Shown here piece by piece: positions 46,253 through 55,754 of a DNA stretch of 64,000 nucleotides (the first letter of the stretch is position 1; each line of letters begins with the position of its first letter). The stretch lies in NCBI GenBank assembly GCA_045595785.1, contig JAZOBE010000048.1:6009-70008 (forward strand), given 5' to 3'. This DNA is from Eubacteriales bacterium (GTDB lineage Bacteria > Bacillota > Clostridia > Oscillospirales > CAG-382). The notes beneath the pieces were generated by a model. The model made no database searches. It worked only from the letters and a program-made list of their open reading frames with translations, and was not told the DNA's origin. Position numbers and translations under genes: made by a program.

Positions 46253-48072
46253 AGCTTTTGCGCCAACGAGGTGGCGTCTATACCGGCAAGAGCACGGAGC
46301 GTGGAAACGTCGCCGTGAGGCAAGAATCCCTCTGCGCCGCAAACCGTAATTCTTGCACGGTGCTGTCTCTCCGCACACATGGCGGCGATACTCTCACCGA
46401 TACCGCCCGTCTTCATACCCTCTTCTGCGGTTACGATAACTCTGGCGTTTTTAATAAGCGGATATATATCGGGCAAGGGCTTTACCTTAATAAGCCTTAT
46501 AAGACGGACGTTGGTGCCGTTTGCATGTGCCATCTGGCACGCGCGGTAGGCTTGCTCGGTCTCACTGCCCGTGGTAATAAGCACGTTATAAATAAATTCG
46601 CTGGGTCCGAAATCGGTAACGGAATATTCCATATCCGAAACGGCTCTGCTTTGAGGCGCAACTCCTCTGGGATAGCGTATTACCGAGGGAGCGTTAAGGT
46701 CAAGCGCCTGAGTGAGACACAGCTTCATCTCCGCCTCGGTATAAGGAGACCATACCGTAAGATTGGGTATGGAATTAAGATAAGAAAGGTCGAACATACC
46801 GTGGTGGGTAGGTCCGTCTGCGCCTACAAGACCCGCTCTGTCCAAAGCGATAACGACGGGCAGGGATTGAAGTGCAACGTCGTGTATAAGCTGGTCGTAG
46901 GCTCTTTGTGAAAAGGTGGAATACACCGCAAAAACAGGCTTCATTCCCCCCGCCGCAAGTCCTGCGGCGAAGGTCATTGCGTGTTCTTCTGCGATGCCCA
47001 CGTCAAAAAATCTGTTGGGGAAGTTTTTCGCAAAGGAGGTAAGCCCCGTGCCCGATTCCATTGCGGCAGTGATGGCGCAAATACGCCCGTCTATACCTGC
47101 AAGACGGGTAAGCGTCTCACCAAAAATATCCGAATAGGTCTTTCCGCCTGCTTTCGTCTCACCGCTTTCTCTGTCAAAGGGAGAAACGCCGTGGAAAACC
47201 GCAGGGTCCTTCTCTGCAGGAGCATAACCGTAGCCCTTTTTGGTGCAGACGTGGACTACCGAGCACTTTCCGTCAGCCCTGGCTTCACGAAGCACGTCCT
47301 CAATGGCGGAAACGTTGTGTCCGTCCAGGGGGCCGAAGTAATGCATACCCATCTGCTCAAAAATATTTTCATGCACCAAATGCCGTTTTCCCCAATCCTT
47401 AAATGCACGGGCGGCGGAAACCAGCCATTTTCCTATAAACGGTACTGCGGAAAACACCTTTTCCACAAACCGCTTGAATGCGAAATATTTTTTACTTACC
47501 CTTATACGGGACAGCAGCCTTGAGGTTGCGCCCACGTTAGGGGAGATGGACATACCGTTATCGTTAAGAATAATTATAAGATTGTCATAGGACGCACAGT
47601 TGTTAAGCGCCTCATACGCCATACCGCCGGTAAGCGCCCCGTCACCTATAACGGCGATGGTGGTGCTTTGTCTGCCGCACAGCTTGTCCGAAGCGGCAAA
47701 GCCTGCCGCCGCAGAGATGGAGGTGGAGGAATGACCTGCACCAAAGGGGTCGCACTCGCTTTCCGACCGCTTCTGGAATCCGGAAATGCCGCCGTATTTG
47801 CGGAGAGTGCTCATATACTGACGTCTGCCCGTAAGCATTTTATGTACGTAGCTTTGATGGCTTACGTCAAAAAGTATCCTGTCCCGAGGGCAATCGAACA
47901 CACGGTGGAGCGCGATGGTAAGCTCAACTACCCCCAGATTAGAGGCGAGATGGCCGCCGTTTTCTGAGGTTACGTTGACAAGCTCGGAGCGTATTTCCGC
48001 CGCGAGAATGCGTAATTGTTCGGTTGTAAGATTTTTAATATCCCCGGGAGAGGAAACGGTTTCAAGTATCAT
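46243..48072 (-). CDS. dxs: 1-deoxy-D-xylulose-5-phosphate synthase
   Basis: GGHLASNLG, TPP motif IGDGALTGGMAYEALN, 609 aa. Confidence 0.95.
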   Translation of the reverse strand: MILETVSSPGDIKNLTTEQLRILAAEIRSELVNVTSENGGHLASNLGVVELTIALHRVFDCPRDRILFDVSHQSYVHKMLTGRRQYMSTLRKYGGISGFQKRSESECDPFGAGHSSTSISAAAGFAASDKLCGRQSTTIAVIGDGALTGGMAYEALNNCASYDNLIIILNDNGMSISPNVGATSRLLSRIRVSKKYFAFKRFVEKVFSAVPFIGKWLVSAARAFKDWGKRHLVHENIFEQMGMHYFGPLDGHNVSAIEDVLREARADGKCSVVHVCTKKGYGYAPAEKDPAVFHGVSPFDRESGETKAGGKTYSDIFGETLTRLAGIDGRICAITAAMESGTGLTSFAKNFPNRFFDVGIAEEHAMTFAAGLAAGGMKPVFAVYSTFSQRAYDQLIHDVALQSLPVVIALDRAGLVGADGPTHHGMFDLSYLNSIPNLTVWSPYTEAEMKLCLTQALDLNAPSVIRYPRGVAPQSRAVSDMEYSVTDFGPSEFIYNVLITTGSETEQAYRACQMAHANGTNVRLIRLIKVKPLPDIYPLIKNARVIVTAEEGMKTGGIGESIAAMCAERQHRARITVCGAEGFLPHGDVSTLRALAGIDATSLAQKLCE

Positions 48073-48087
48073 TAAAAAAATCTTTCT

Positions 48088-48651
48088 TTATTTCTTTTTG
48101 AATATGCAAAGCACGCGGGCACACATAAGGGTTATCTGTCTGCTTTTATCCATTCCCACCTTTTTGCCCAACGCCTTTCCCCCAACGGTTATGGAGGAGA
48201 CAAGCGCCGTAAGAGACAGGGTGAGCCAGAAGGATAATTCCGTATCAAGCTTTGAGAACAGCACCACGGCTATCGTCGCCGCAGAGGCGCCGGATACGAC
48301 ACCGCAAATATCTCCCACTATATCGTTGCAAAATGAGGAGACCTTTTCTGCGTTGGCGATAAGCCACACCGCCTTCTTGCCAACCGGGTCCTTCTTCGCC
48401 GCCATTGCATTAAACGCCGCCATATCTGCGGTGGTTACGGCAAGACCTATCATATCGAAAATAATACCCAGTAAAATAAATATAAGCAGCACCACAAGTG
48501 CTGCCCAAACGGGAAGATCCTCAAGAGCCTCGCCTGACAGCAAAGACAGCAAGGCGGTCATCAAAAAGCTGAATACAAATGCAAAGGTTATCCAGATACG
48601 GCGCGCACGCCGCTTGGCACGTTCTTTTGAATTGTCTTTTTCGTTTTTCAT
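48088..48651 (-). CDS. oapA: OLE-associated protein A candidate (four-TM membrane protein)
   Basis: 187 aa with about 4 TM. Lies between a long structured ORF-free region and dxs, which is the position described for oapA. Confidence 0.65.
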   Translation of the reverse strand: MKNEKDNSKERAKRRARRIWITFAFVFSFLMTALLSLLSGEALEDLPVWAALVVLLIFILLGIIFDMIGLAVTTADMAAFNAMAAKKDPVGKKAVWLIANAEKVSSFCNDIVGDICGVVSGASAATIAVVLFSKLDTELSFWLTLSLTALVSSITVGGKALGKKVGMDKSRQITLMCARVLCIFKKK

Positions 48652-48664
48652 ATTGTTCCTTTTA

Positions 48665-49310
48665 TTTGGGACGCGCTCCTAATGGCTGTTTAATTAATGG
48701 CGACACGGTACGTAGACCTTGCGGCTTACGGTCAAGTAGGATTTCCCCACGGTCTCCTTCTCGTCGCCGATGAAGGGGTTCCCCATTAAAGACCGAGGCG
48801 GGGCATTGCTGCTTCCGCGACTTGATTGCCTATGAGTCCGCACTGTAATCCGCACCGTGCCCGTGCGTTTGTAATTTGCCGCGACGACAGTCTAGGCGTT
48901 TTCCGCCATAGCACAAAACATTTTCTTATCTTCTTTTGCAGACATGATTTCAAACGCGATTTATTCGAGGCTCGGTAGCTAATCTCCCCCCGACATGAAC
49001 GTTATCCGCCATGACCCACTCAAAGCCGGCTACATCTATCCACAGCATCTGTAATGGTCGTACCGCGTGATAGGTCTAATCTTAATCACGTAACCCCTTT
49101 CTCCAAACAAAAGTCCGCCACGTAGAAAAAGCCTCAAAGGAAAGTGGGGTAGCCGCCCCATGCCATTGGGGTGCGCCCACAGTCCATTCTCCCAGCATCC
49201 ACCCTGAACTGGGCGTACAAAGCAAACACCAGGAGCTTCATCGATTTGCCGTTTGACGTATTTTTAGGCACGCCTTCAAAAACGCCGTGCTAACTAGAAT
49301 ACTGCGCCAT
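48665..49310 (-). ncRNA. ole: Candidate OLE (ornate, large, extremophilic) RNA
   Basis: About 645 nt with no credible ORF on either strand. GC-rich with many local hairpins, including a GCAA tetraloop stem. A promoter lies upstream. Co-oriented and contiguous with oapA-dxs-tlyA-nadK-argR-recN. Confidence 0.65.
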
Positions 49311-49319
49311 CGCATATTC

Positions 49320-49347
49320 ATTATATCACATTTTTGCATAAATTCAA
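49320..49347 (-). promoter_or_regulatory. Candidate sigma-A promoter driving the OLE-like RNA
   Basis: Minus strand reads TTGAAT, 16 nt, TGaTATAAT. Confidence 0.5.
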
Positions 49348-49484
49348 GGGGTTTTTGTGAATTTTATGCATATTTTATACATCTGATGTTTGTTTATACT
49401 ATATATCGTAACCTTTTTTCGCATAACCACCGTATATCCGCATCCCCCTCCGACAAAACAATATTTTGTAAAAAAAAGAAAACA

Positions 49485-49702
49485 AAAAAGCGAGAGATAA
49501 ACTATAATCTCTCGCATTTCTAATTACGTCATTATTCTTTTTGCGTTTTTGGTCTGCTTTTTATCGGGGTCCCCGCAAATCGAAGATTTGTGGGGTGATT
49601 TTTATCGGGGTCCCCGCAAATGCAACGGCATTTGTGGGGTGATTTTTATCGGGGTCCCCGCAAATGCGACCGGCATTTGTGGGGTGATTCTTTTACCGAG
49701 CG
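49485..49702 (+). repeat. Composite intergenic element, truncated copy 3 with three family-A units
   Basis: Hairpin gcgagagataaactataatctctcgc, then atttctaattacgtcat, then units of 41, 44 and ~47 nt with loops cgaagat / gcaacggc / gcgaccggc, then ttttaccgagcg. Confidence 0.8.
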
Positions 49703-49703
49703 A

Positions 49704-50435
49704 CTACCGAGCGGAAAGTATCCTCTCTACTTCGGCTAAATCTTCTTCCGTATTCACTCCCGCAAGCTCGGTCTCATCGGGAAGGATATACGCCTGCACC
49801 TTGCCGCCGGATGCGATCATATGCTTGGGCACGTCGGTGAGATAATATTCGCCGGTGACGGGGCTGGGTGTGATACGGGCAAGGGACTCAAACAGCTTTA
49901 CCGAATCAAACATATATATTCCGCCGTTAAGCTCGGGAATTTTTTTCTGCTCGTCGGTGGCGTCCTTGTGCTCAACTATTCCTGCCACGTCCCCCGAAAC
50001 GGTGCGTATGATATGACCGAAGGGAGGTATATTCCCCTTTGCCACAAAGGTGAGAATGGTGCAGTCTGCGCCCGTTTCCTTGTGATACTCCGCCAGCGCG
50101 CGGACGCTTTCCCTGCGGAGCAGAGGCATATCGCCGTTGATGACGAGAATGGGTCCGTCATAGCCCTTGAAGCAATGGGCGGCGCACATAACCGCATGGC
50201 CCGTGCCCTTTTGCTCCTCCTGAAAAGCGTAGGTGTATTCGGGATACGCATCCATGACCACCTGCTTTTGATAGCCAACAAGTATAACTTTATCTTCTTT
50301 TTTAACTATATCCGTATAATCAAGTACGTATCCGAGAAGGGGAACGCCCTTTGCTTTGCGCATTACCTTGGGTATTTGAGTAATTTCACTGCCCAGACGC
50401 TTTCCTTTTCCGCCTGCGAGAATAAGTGCTTTCAT
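49704..50435 (-). CDS. Sugar-phosphate nucleotidyltransferase (GlmU N-terminal-like)
   Basis: MKALILAGGKGKRLG start and VINGDMPL motif. Start moved to 50435. Confidence 0.75.
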   Translation of the reverse strand: MKALILAGGKGKRLGSEITQIPKVMRKAKGVPLLGYVLDYTDIVKKEDKVILVGYQKQVVMDAYPEYTYAFQEEQKGTGHAVMCAAHCFKGYDGPILVINGDMPLLRRESVRALAEYHKETGADCTILTFVAKGNIPPFGHIIRTVSGDVAGIVEHKDATDEQKKIPELNGGIYMFDSVKLFESLARITPSPVTGEYYLTDVPKHMIASGGKVQAYILPDETELAGVNTEEDLAEVERILSAR

Positions 50436-50523
50436 TTTTGGCAAAAACCCTTTCATAGACATATATTCAATAACAGTATATATTGGTTTTTGAACAAAGT
50501 CAACACATTCGGAGGGATTTTTA

Positions 50524-51546
50524 ATGGCAGAATATTTTGCCGGTGTCAACACCGAAAAAGGATTTATGGGGTTTCCGAAGGAATATTTCGGTTCTCTTTC
50601 AAGGCTGTATATTATCAAAGGCACGGCGGGAAGCGGAAAATCCACGCTGATGAAGCGGATTGCAGACCAATGCGAAAAGCTGGGGATTGAAACGGACAGG
50701 GTCTACTGCTCGTCCGACCCGAATTCCCTTGACGGGGTGATACTTCCCCGTAACGGCACTGCCGTTGCAGACGGCACCGCCCCTCATCTGCTTGAGCCCA
50801 TAACCCCCGTAGCAAAAGAGATACTTGTGGACACGGGCAGGTTTATGGACGAAAAAAAGCTTGATAAAGAAGGGATAATTTATTACTCCCGAAAAAAGAA
50901 GGAATATTATTCCCGTGCATATTCCTTTATACTATGCGGAGTGGAGGCAAGCCGTGTGTGCAGTGATATCGTGTTTGCCGCCATGGACAAAGCAAAGCTT
51001 TATTCCTATGGAGAACGGTTTTTCAAAAGGCATATTGAAAGCAAGGTCTTTTCAAAGGCGGTGCATACGCGGATAGCCGCCGCGTTTACGGGAAGAGGGT
51101 TACGGGTGCTTGACCCGTTCCCCCAAGCAGAGCGTGTGTTTACTCTGCGGGGCGGACGGGGAAACGAGCATATATTTATTAAGCAGTTATACGATATTGC
51201 GTTGGATGCAGGTGAGGAAGCATGTGTTTCCCCCGATGCAACCGATTCCCAAAGGCTTAACGGTATATATTTCCCCATTCGGAGAGTATACGTTACCTCC
51301 CTGCCCACGGAAAGAGGAACCGAAATTAATATGGCGCGTTTTTTTGTTACCGCCGAATACACAAAGCAAAAGCAGGAGATAAAGGAAATTAGCGAAACAG
51401 CGAAAAAAGCCTATTCTCTGGCGGAAAAGCAGTTGTTTTCTGCGGCGGCGTGCCACGGAGAGCTGGAAAAGCGGTACGTTTCCACAATGGATTTTGAGCC
51501 CTTGGACCAAGAATACCGCCGTATTATTAAAGGAATGACGGAATAA
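50524..51546 (+). CDS. Uncharacterised P-loop ATPase
   Basis: Walker A GTAGSGKST, 340 aa, RBS GGAGGG. Confidence 0.6.
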   Translation: MAEYFAGVNTEKGFMGFPKEYFGSLSRLYIIKGTAGSGKSTLMKRIADQCEKLGIETDRVYCSSDPNSLDGVILPRNGTAVADGTAPHLLEPITPVAKEILVDTGRFMDEKKLDKEGIIYYSRKKKEYYSRAYSFILCGVEASRVCSDIVFAAMDKAKLYSYGERFFKRHIESKVFSKAVHTRIAAAFTGRGLRVLDPFPQAERVFTLRGGRGNEHIFIKQLYDIALDAGEEACVSPDATDSQRLNGIYFPIRRVYVTSLPTERGTEINMARFFVTAEYTKQKQEIKEISETAKKAYSLAEKQLFSAAACHGELEKRYVSTMDFEPLDQEYRRIIKGMTE

Positions 51547-51595
51547 AACGGATACTTTCCGCATATCTGTGTACAAAAAGGAGATGTGCGTAAAA

Positions 51596-52021
51596 ATGAA
51601 AAACGAAAAAGTATCCTTTGTTTCCCCTATACTTTGCGGACTTATCGGGTCGCTGGCGACGGTGGCGGCAACCCTGCTGGGGTCGGTTATATGTGCGGCG
51701 GCGTTTGTGTCGGTTGCCGACCCCAATTCATTCGTGCTTATATGCGCGTGTATTGCTATGTTTTTGGGCGGTGCGGCAGGCGGAATATTATCCGTAAAGC
51801 TGGGCAACGCATTTATCAGCGCAACCGTTTCCGCCGTAGCGTCGCTGTTGATTCTGGCGGCGGTATCCATGTTTTTCCCTGCGTCCGACGGCGTGCTGTC
51901 CCGCATACTTCCCCCGGTCATACTTACGCTTTCCACACTGGTGTGGGGATACGTTTCACTGGGCAGAAAGCCAACTCGGGCAGACACGTTGAAAAAAGCG
52001 GTAAAAAAGGCGAAAAAATAA
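51596..52021 (+). CDS. Small multi-pass membrane protein
   Basis: Hydrophobic ORF. Start set after AAGGAGA. Confidence 0.5.
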   Translation: MKNEKVSFVSPILCGLIGSLATVAATLLGSVICAAAFVSVADPNSFVLICACIAMFLGGAAGGILSVKLGNAFISATVSAVASLLILAAVSMFFPASDGVLSRILPPVILTLSTLVWGYVSLGRKPTRADTLKKAVKKAKK

Positions 52022-52096
52022 GATTTTTCCACGCAAACTGTTGTGTTTTGCCCTTTGTGTATGGTATACTGTATGCAAAGGGTGGGATGACAACAT

Positions 52097-52864
52097 ATGA
52101 AAGACTTTCTTATATACTTTTTCGGCAAGGGTGAGACGGAGGAATTTACCAACTTCACCTTCCCTCATTTCGCGCCCATACTGCTGATGATAGGAGTAAT
52201 TATCCTGCTGTGGCGGTTTGGGGATAAGATACGCAACAGTAAATACGAGCGGGCTTTCCGCTTTACTCTGGCATTTGGGTTGATTATATCGGAAATGGCG
52301 TATTATTGGCGTTTGGTAGGTATACCCGCGTTGGAGCCTAACCCCGTAGACCATTTGCCCATAACCGTTTGCGGCTGGGCTGTGGTGTTCTGCAGCTTTA
52401 TGATAATATCCGATTCTCAGACGCTTTTTGATATTTCATATTTCTGGCTGCTTTCCGGCACGGTGTTTGCCCTGCTTACCCCTACTGTTATTACCTATAC
52501 GGGCCCCACGCGGTTCCGTTATTACCAGTTCTGGGCAGAGCACACCTTGGGTTACGTTGCCATATTCTATATGATATTCGTAAGAAAAATGCGTCCCACG
52601 GTGAAATCGGCAATAAAATCCTACGTTGCCTTGGCAGTTCTTGCGGTGGTCGCCTTTTTCTCAAACCGACTTATAGGCCCCGGTGCAAACTATCTGTTTT
52701 TGGCTCGTCCCGAGGATACCCCGTCGGTATTGGATATACTTCCGCCCAATTTCGTACTGCGCCTTGCCGTAATGGCGGCGGTAATAACCGCAATGTTCTT
52801 TGTGGCGTACCTGCCGTGGCTTATAAAGGATATGAAGGCTAAAAAATCAAACAGCAATCAATAA
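52097..52864 (+). CDS. YwaF/TIGR02206-like integral membrane protein (second copy)
   Basis: 255-aa polytopic ORF with an architecture similar to 19697..20398. Confidence 0.6.
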   Translation: MKDFLIYFFGKGETEEFTNFTFPHFAPILLMIGVIILLWRFGDKIRNSKYERAFRFTLAFGLIISEMAYYWRLVGIPALEPNPVDHLPITVCGWAVVFCSFMIISDSQTLFDISYFWLLSGTVFALLTPTVITYTGPTRFRYYQFWAEHTLGYVAIFYMIFVRKMRPTVKSAIKSYVALAVLAVVAFFSNRLIGPGANYLFLARPEDTPSVLDILPPNFVLRLAVMAAVITAMFFVAYLPWLIKDMKAKKSNSNQ

Positions 52865-52865
52865 C

Positions 52866-52903
52866 AAAAAACCCGTGGTTTCCCACGGGTTTTTATATTT
52901 TTT
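52866..52903. terminator. Bidirectional rho-independent terminator
   Basis: ACCCGTGG-tttc-CCACGGGT flanked by an A-run and a T-run. Confidence 0.8.
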
Positions 52904-52912
52904 ACGGTTTAT

Positions 52913-54298
52913 TTATTTCTTTTTCTTTGCAACGATAACAACCACAACGATAATTGCTACAACTGCAACTACGCCTACAACGATACCGATAATAAGACCG
53001 GTTGCGGGAACGTTGGTCTTTTCATCGCTGGTGGGCTCGGAAGAGTCGTCTTCAGAGGTTGCGGGAGCGGAAGATTCGTCAGCAGGTTCGGAAGAATCGT
53101 CTGCAGGTTCGGAAGAATCGTCTGCGGGAGTGGAAGTCTCGGGCTCGGAAACCTCGGGCTCTTCGGTGGGAACGTACTCGGAATCAAATTCAAAGGTATT
53201 GAAGGTGATCACTGCGCCGTCGCAAGAGAATACGGTGAACTGGGTGATCTCAACAAGGCCTTCCTCGTTAGCGCCTACCAGCTCAACGAGCTGTTCATAG
53301 GAGATAGCGCCCTTGTAGGAGCCTGCAAGCAGGTCGCCGGTGCCGGATTCGATATTATCGGTGCTCATAAAGGAGTGGAGGTAATATTCGCCGCCATTGA
53401 TACGGAGGCTGGTCTTACCAACGTCAAAGGAAAGGTCATATACAAGATAAGTGCCTTCGCCGATGAGGAGAGGAGTGGGAAGAACTGCGTCTGCCCAAGG
53501 CCAGGTGCCTGCAACGGAGCCGCCGACAACGGTAACACCATCGGTGGTTTCGATAGTGATCTCAGCTTCGTTTACGGGAGTCTTTGCCCAGATGGATTTG
53601 CAGTTATCAAAGATGTCAAACTTGCCCTCAAGTGCTTCGGGCTTTGCTGCGGGACGGCTTGCGCCAAGACCCTCAACTGTGTCGGAAGAACCAACGTAGA
53701 AGCGGTAGATAACAAGAGAAGAGCCAACCTCGCCTGCAAGAGCGTATGTAATGTTATCGATACGATGCATACCGTCATCAAAGGTGCCTGCATCGCCCTT
53801 GCCCTTAACGATATATTCGCCAAGAGCCCAGATGCCGTAACCGGTACCGCTTGCCTTGCTGTAGGTAGCGTAATCTGCGCTTTCCATAGAGGAAAGGTAC
53901 AGATCTGCAAGTGCGCCGGAAGCAGCCTTGTCTTTACGGGTGTAGTGAGCTACGGTGCCGCCGTTGCCGTGGAGAGTTGCGCCGTCAACAGAAGCATAAT
54001 CGAATACAACGAAGCCCTCGCCATCCTTAACGTTAAAGGAATCACCTGCATAAACGGTGGTGCCTTCAGCAAAAACAACGGTAACGGAGGGAGCGGATCC
54101 GGTAATGGTAAAGGTAACGGAGCCGTCGTCGTTATAGGTCAGTTCGCAATCGGTAGCGGTAACTTTACCGTTAACGTCGTTTGCGGCGGGAAGAAGGTTG
54201 TGGATGATGTTGTCTTCCTCTGCAGCGGATACGCTGAACGCGAATACGCTTGTGAGAACGAGAAGAAGCACAACGGAGAGAGAAATCAGCTTTTTCAT
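52913..54298 (-). CDS. Surface protein with acidic SEP(A/T)DDSSEP repeats and a C-terminal VPATG + TM + KKKK tail
   Basis: Signal peptide. The C-terminal anchor is nearly the same as in the 9263 and 10717 proteins. Confidence 0.75.
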   Translation of the reverse strand: MKKLISLSVVLLLVLTSVFAFSVSAAEEDNIIHNLLPAANDVNGKVTATDCELTYNDDGSVTFTITGSAPSVTVVFAEGTTVYAGDSFNVKDGEGFVVFDYASVDGATLHGNGGTVAHYTRKDKAASGALADLYLSSMESADYATYSKASGTGYGIWALGEYIVKGKGDAGTFDDGMHRIDNITYALAGEVGSSLVIYRFYVGSSDTVEGLGASRPAAKPEALEGKFDIFDNCKSIWAKTPVNEAEITIETTDGVTVVGGSVAGTWPWADAVLPTPLLIGEGTYLVYDLSFDVGKTSLRINGGEYYLHSFMSTDNIESGTGDLLAGSYKGAISYEQLVELVGANEEGLVEITQFTVFSCDGAVITFNTFEFDSEYVPTEEPEVSEPETSTPADDSSEPADDSSEPADESSAPATSEDDSSEPTSDEKTNVPATGLIIGIVVGVVAVVAIIVVVVIVAKKKK

Positions 54299-54310
54299 AA
54301 TGCTTACTCC

Positions 54311-55480
54311 TTATGTTTTTTTATTTTCTGCGGGCGGAACGGCGTTATTACCCTTTTCGTCCGTATTTACCGATTCTTGTGCAGGGGATTCCTGCTTTTT
54401 GAATGAAAAGAATCCGTCCTGTCTGAGCTTATTGTATATAACCAGCGCGATGGGGAATCCGAACAGACCCCACACACCGAACAGACGGAGACCCACGTAC
54501 ATTGATACCAGCGCCAGCAGAGGGTGAAGTCCCACGCTTTTGCCTACTATCTTGGGCTCAAGGAACTGGCGAACCACCAGAATGATGACGTACAGCACCA
54601 AAAGACCGATGCCGAGGAAATAGTTTCCTCTTATTATTTCAATAACACCCCAAGGAATAACTATTGCGCCTGTACCGAGAATGGGCATAATATCCACAAT
54701 AGCGGTAAGCGCCGCAATAAGGAATGCGTACTTCACACCCAGAATGGTGAGACCCACGAACATTTCCATAAAGGTGATAAGCATAATAACGCCGTATGCA
54801 CGGACGAACAGCACCACGGCGGAAACAAGCTGTTTTTTTATAGCCGCCAGATGGTCTGCCACGGTTTTTGGGAATATGCTGAGCACCGCGGTGTTGATGC
54901 GGTGATATTGTGCAACGAAATAATACAGCGCAACGATACATACCACCACGCCGATAACGATGGGAGGCACGATATTTATTACCGCGCTGATTGCGGGAAT
55001 GACGACGCCGTTAAGGTCGGTAACCAAAGCCGTGGCAAAGGAGGTAACGTAAGAATCAATATTCTCCCATATCTCCACAAGCTGCTCACGGTAATCTATA
55101 AAAGGAACGTAGCCGTTGAGGGTATCAATGATCTCATCGGCATAATCGGGGTTTCCGCGCATTTCGGAAAGAATGTCGCTAACCGTCTGGTACAGCGTGT
55201 TAAGCTCGTTATAAACACGGTGCACCACCAGATAACAGAGAAGTCCCACCACGCCGACGGCGGTAAAAACAACACCGATAACGGTCAGTATACGGGGGAT
55301 CTTTGTCTTTTTACAGATAAAATCCACCACGGGATGAAGGATTATCGCAAGTATGTATGCGACAATAAAGGGAGTAAGCACGCCGGCAAGGTATTTAACA
55401 AATACAAACGCAACGGCGGCTCCGATAAGTATATAAGCCGCGGCGACAAGCACCCGCTTATACGGCTCTTTTGGCATCAT
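54311..55480 (-). CDS. AI-2E family transporter (YtvI-like)
   Basis: 389-aa polytopic ORF with the typical AI-2E/PerM layout. Confidence 0.7.
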   Translation of the reverse strand: MMPKEPYKRVLVAAAYILIGAAVAFVFVKYLAGVLTPFIVAYILAIILHPVVDFICKKTKIPRILTVIGVVFTAVGVVGLLCYLVVHRVYNELNTLYQTVSDILSEMRGNPDYADEIIDTLNGYVPFIDYREQLVEIWENIDSYVTSFATALVTDLNGVVIPAISAVINIVPPIVIGVVVCIVALYYFVAQYHRINTAVLSIFPKTVADHLAAIKKQLVSAVVLFVRAYGVIMLITFMEMFVGLTILGVKYAFLIAALTAIVDIMPILGTGAIVIPWGVIEIIRGNYFLGIGLLVLYVIILVVRQFLEPKIVGKSVGLHPLLALVSMYVGLRLFGVWGLFGFPIALVIYNKLRQDGFFSFKKQESPAQESVNTDEKGNNAVPPAENKKT

Positions 55481-55531
55481 ATACGGAAAATATCCCCCTT
55501 TCGCGAAAAATTTCCTTTATGAAAAAAACTA

Positions 55532-55560
55532 TTGACAACTGCTTTACTTTGTGGTATTAT
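55532..55560 (+). promoter_or_regulatory. Candidate sigma-A promoter of tRNA-Glu
   Basis: TTGACA, 17 nt, TGgTATTAT. Confidence 0.6.
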
Positions 55561-55571
55561 AACCCCTGCAA

Positions 55572-55646
55572 GGCCTGTTAGTCAAGTGGTCAAGACGTCG
55601 CCCTCTCACGGCGAAGGCAGGGGTTCGACTCCCCTACGGGTCACCA
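55572..55646 (+). tRNA. tRNA-Glu (anticodon CUC), CCA encoded
   Basis: Hand-folded cloverleaf: acceptor GGCCTGT/ACGGGTC, anticodon stem TCGCC/GGCGA with loop CTCTCAC, T-arm AGGGG-TTCGACT-CCCCT. Confidence 0.85.
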
Positions 55647-55655
55647 GAAAAACAT

Positions 55656-55686
55656 CCGAACACCGTTCGGGTGTTTTTTTATTTTT
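55656..55686 (+). terminator. Rho-independent terminator
   Basis: AACACC-gttcg-GGTGTT plus TTTTTTATTTTT. Confidence 0.75.
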
Positions 55687-55700
55687 ACGTTGGGAAAAAA

Positions 55701-55746
55701 CGAATATCGGAAGCTTTTTGTCATGGGCAAAAAGCAACCGTAATTC
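55701..55746. repeat. Family-B hairpin repeat, copy 3
   Basis: cgaatatcggaagctttttgtc-atgg-gcaaaaagcaaccgtaattc. Confidence 0.7.
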
Positions 55747-55754
55747 TTTGTTTT

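Noticed and set aside
48665-49310. Alternative identities for the ORF-free structured region: ORF-less group II intron, RNase P RNA or tmRNA
   Set aside because: I could not find a convincing domain V (the AGC-containing 34-nt hairpin does not fold properly), the GAGGAAAGTCC-type RNase P motifs, or a tRNA-like end with a tag ORF. The gene context fits OLE much better. This still needs a covariance-model search.
49558-49694. Possible CRISPR arrays: the tandem 41-47-nt units here and at 42484-42590, 24366-24660, 60001-60099 and 62619-62730
   Set aside because: The units abut directly with no unique spacers. The variable part is only the inner stem-loop of each palindrome. The arrays are very short and scattered, they occur in both orientations, and no cas genes or leader are present.
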